Source: Mobula hypostoma (Eukaryota). Taken from it: a stretch of 64,000 nt of DNA. Both the position numbers and the translations under genes were made by a program. The stretch spans positions 27,220,001-27,284,000 of the forward strand of contig NC_086118.1 of NCBI RefSeq assembly GCF_963921235.1, written 5' to 3'. This document shows positions 61,283-64,000 of this stretch, one piece after another; positions within the stretch are counted from its first letter, which is position 1, and each line of letters starts with the position of its first letter. The notes under the pieces were generated by a model. That model ran no database searches. It was not told the origin of the DNA and saw nothing but the letters and a program-made list of their open reading frames with translations.

Positions 61283-63890
61283 GGGTTTGAACTGTGGCCA
61301 ATCAGTAAAAGGGAGTGTGAGAAGAGGCCGCTTCACACAGGTCTGTGATCGAAGATTTGAAAGGCAGCACTTCACAAGCAGTTTTCAGAGTTTGAACTGT
61401 GACCAATCAGTGAACGGGATTCATTAGTAAGAGCAAATAAAAGTAAGGTAGGGGCAAATGGAGCAGGCAATGTAGAAGTGGGCCAGTGTTAAAGTGGGAA
61501 GGATTTGGCTTTGGCTCATCGGGCTTGGGCAAGGTAAGTATCTGTTAAATTGCTTCTTTTTCTTTTCTCTTCATTCCTCATCTGTTAGTGCCTAGCTAGA
61601 ACAGTGAGAATGACTCCAGGGACAGTGTTATGTTCTTTGAATAAGATATGGGAATGTTGGGAGACCTACAGACTCCCAGATAACCACGTCTGCACAAGTC
61701 GCACCAAGCTGCAGCTCGTCTGAGGATGTGTTAAGGAACTGGAGCTGCAGCTCGATGAGACTCGACTCATGTGAGAGACTGAGGAAGTGATAGATAGGAA
61801 TAACAGGCAGGTAGTCACCCCTAGGTTACAGGAGGCTGGTGACTGGGTGACTGTCAGAAGGAGGAAGGGAAATGGACACCCAGTACAGGGTATCCCTGTG
61901 GCTATTCTGCGCAATAATAAATATACTGTTTTGGATACTGTCGAAGGCAATGGCCTACTATGGGGAAGCTGCAGTGATTGGGTCTCAGGGACTGAGTCTG
62001 GCACTGTGGTTCAGAAGAGAAGAGAGGTGAAGAGGACTGAAGTAGTGATAGGAGATTCCATAGTTAGAGGAATAGAGACGAGATTCTATCGATGCAATAG
62101 AGACCCCTGGAGAGTATGTTGACTCCCAGGTGCCAGGTGCCAGGGTCAGGGATGTCACGGAATGGGTCCACAACATTCTGAAGTGGGGGGAGCAGTGAGC
62201 ACCTAGAAGCCTTGGAACATATTGGAACCAATGACATAGGTAGGAAATTGAGCAGAATCTGAGTAGCTCAGTAGAAAGCTGAAAAGCAGGACCACCAGGG
62301 TACTAATGTCTGGATTGTTGCTTGTGCCACGTGCCAGTGAAGGTAAGTACAGGAGCATTAGGCAGATAAAGGTGTGGCTGAGGAACTGGTGCAAGGGGCA
62401 TGGGTTCAGATTTCTTGATCATTGGGATTTCTTCTTGGGAAGGGATGACCCATACGAAAGAGACGGGTTACACATGAACCTGGGGGGAGCCAATATCCTT
62501 GTGGACAGGTTGGCTAGAGTTGTTTGGGAGGGTTTAAACTAATTTGACAGGAGGATGGGATCTGGAGTGATAGGGTTGGGGTTGGGGCAGTTGTTTCATA
62601 AATGGAGGCAGTATGTCGTGAGACTGCTAGCAAGGACAAGCTGATGATGGGGCTAAACCGCAGTCAGTGGGATAAGTAGAAGTGTAACAAGGGGGCAAAA
62701 TCAAAAAGGGTGATGAATAGAGGACTGAAGGTGTTATATTTGAATGCACACAGTCTATGGAATAAGGTAGATCATAGTGTAGTACAATTAGAGATTGGCA
62801 GGTATGATGTGGTATGTTGGCTGAAAGAAGATATTAGTTAGGAGCTTAACAGTCAACGATACACTTTGTATCAAAAGGACAGGAAGGTCAGCATAGGGGG
62901 TGGGGTCGCTCCGTTGGTAGAAAATGAAATTGAATCCTTAGAAAAAAGTGTCATAGGATTGGAAGCTGTAGCAGCCTTGTGGTTAAGATAAGAAATGGCA
63001 AGAGTGAAAAAGACCCTGATGGGAGCTATATGCAGACCTCCAAACAATAACAAAGATGCAGTCTACAAATTACAATTGGAGATAGAAAATGCATGTCAAA
63101 AGGACAATATTACGGTTGTCAAGGGGATTTCAATATGCAGGTAAGTTGGGAAAGTCAGAATGGTGCTGGATAACAAGAGGGAGAATTTGTATAATGTCTA
63201 CAAAATTGCTTTTAGAGCAGCTCGTGGCTGAGCCCACTAGGGGGTCAGCTATGCAGGATTGGGTGTTGTGTACTGGAATTGATTAGAGAGCTTATGTATA
63301 AGGGGAAGTTATTATAATATGATAGAATTCACCCTGCAGCTTGAGAAGGAAAACCTAAAGTCAGCTGTTTCAGTATTACAGTGGAGTAAATGGAATTATA
63401 GAAGCATGAAAGAGGAGTTGCCAAAACTGATTGGAAGGGGACACTAGCAGAGATGATGACAGAACAGCAATAGCTGGAATTTGAGGGAGTAATCTGGAAG
63501 GTGTAGGGTAGATACATTCAAAAGAAGAAGTTGCTTTCTAAAGGCAGGAAGATGCAACTGTGGCTGACAAGAGAAGTCAAGCCAACATAAAAGTCAGAGA
63601 GGGCACATAATAGTGAAAAAATTAGTGGGAAGTTAGAGGATTGGGAAACTTTAAAAACCCAACAGAAGGCAACTAATATGTTATAAAGAGGGAAAACCTG
63701 GAATATGAATGTAAGCTAGCTGATAATATTAAAGAGGATATCAAAAGTTTCTTCAGAGATATAAAAGAGTAAACGAGAAGTGAGAGTAGATATTGGACTG
63801 TTGTAAAATAATGCTGAAGAGGTAGTAATGGGGGAGATAGAAATGGCAGATGAACTGAATAAGTATTTTGCATCAGTCTTCATTGTGGAG
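61283..63890 (+). mobile_element. 5' half of a decayed CR1 (5' UTR, ORF1 esterase, APE endonuclease)
   Basis: VIGDSIVRG, HIGTND, SGLL, RDGLHMN..G (SGNH esterase); YLNA..GGGVA..GDF endonuclease remnants; duplicated GTTTGAACTGTG.CCAATCAGT in the 5' UTR. Confidence 0.88.
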
Positions 63891-64000
63891 TGGGCATGTG
63901 GCCAAGTGGTTAAGGCGTTGGACTAGCTACCTGAAGGTCGTGAGTTCGAGCTCCAGCCGAGGGAATGTGTTGTGTCCTTGAGCAAGGCACTTAATCACAT
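63891..64000 (+). mobile_element. tRNA-derived SINE (runs off the window end)
   Basis: TGGCCAAGTGG A-box, AGTTCGAGC B-box, and CCTTGAGCAAGGCACTTAATCACA shared with 23710-23957. Confidence 0.88.

Overview
Eukaryotic, repeat-dominated genomic DNA. It is most likely from a cartilaginous fish (ray/skate), inferred from the mix of CR1/HER1-type LINEs, HE1/V-SINE-like cores, Penelope-like elements and Rex1/Babar LINEs. No host gene can be confidently called, and essentially all long ORFs come from transposons. Main contents: (1) Penelope-like element remnants carrying minimal hammerhead-ribozyme cores; (2) many CR1 and Rex1/Babar fragments; (3) an internally deleted Gypsy element (10251-15789, tRNA-Phe PBS) whose gag is split by a deleted ERV-like element (12718-14100, tRNA-Ser PBS); (4) a full-length decayed L1 (34207-40081); (5) tRNA- and RTE-derived SINE-like inserts with target-site duplications (TSDs); (6) hAT, Tc1 and mariner remnants and solo LTRs. 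The most notable signals are at the RNA level. One is a five-copy array of covarying stem/internal-loop/hairpin motifs in the ERV-like leader, downstream of a palindrome and a splice donor. Another is a candidate HDV-like ribozyme whose P1 helix coincides with the 5' end of an RTE-derived insert. Family assignments come from motif recognition by eye; no database search or folding program was run.
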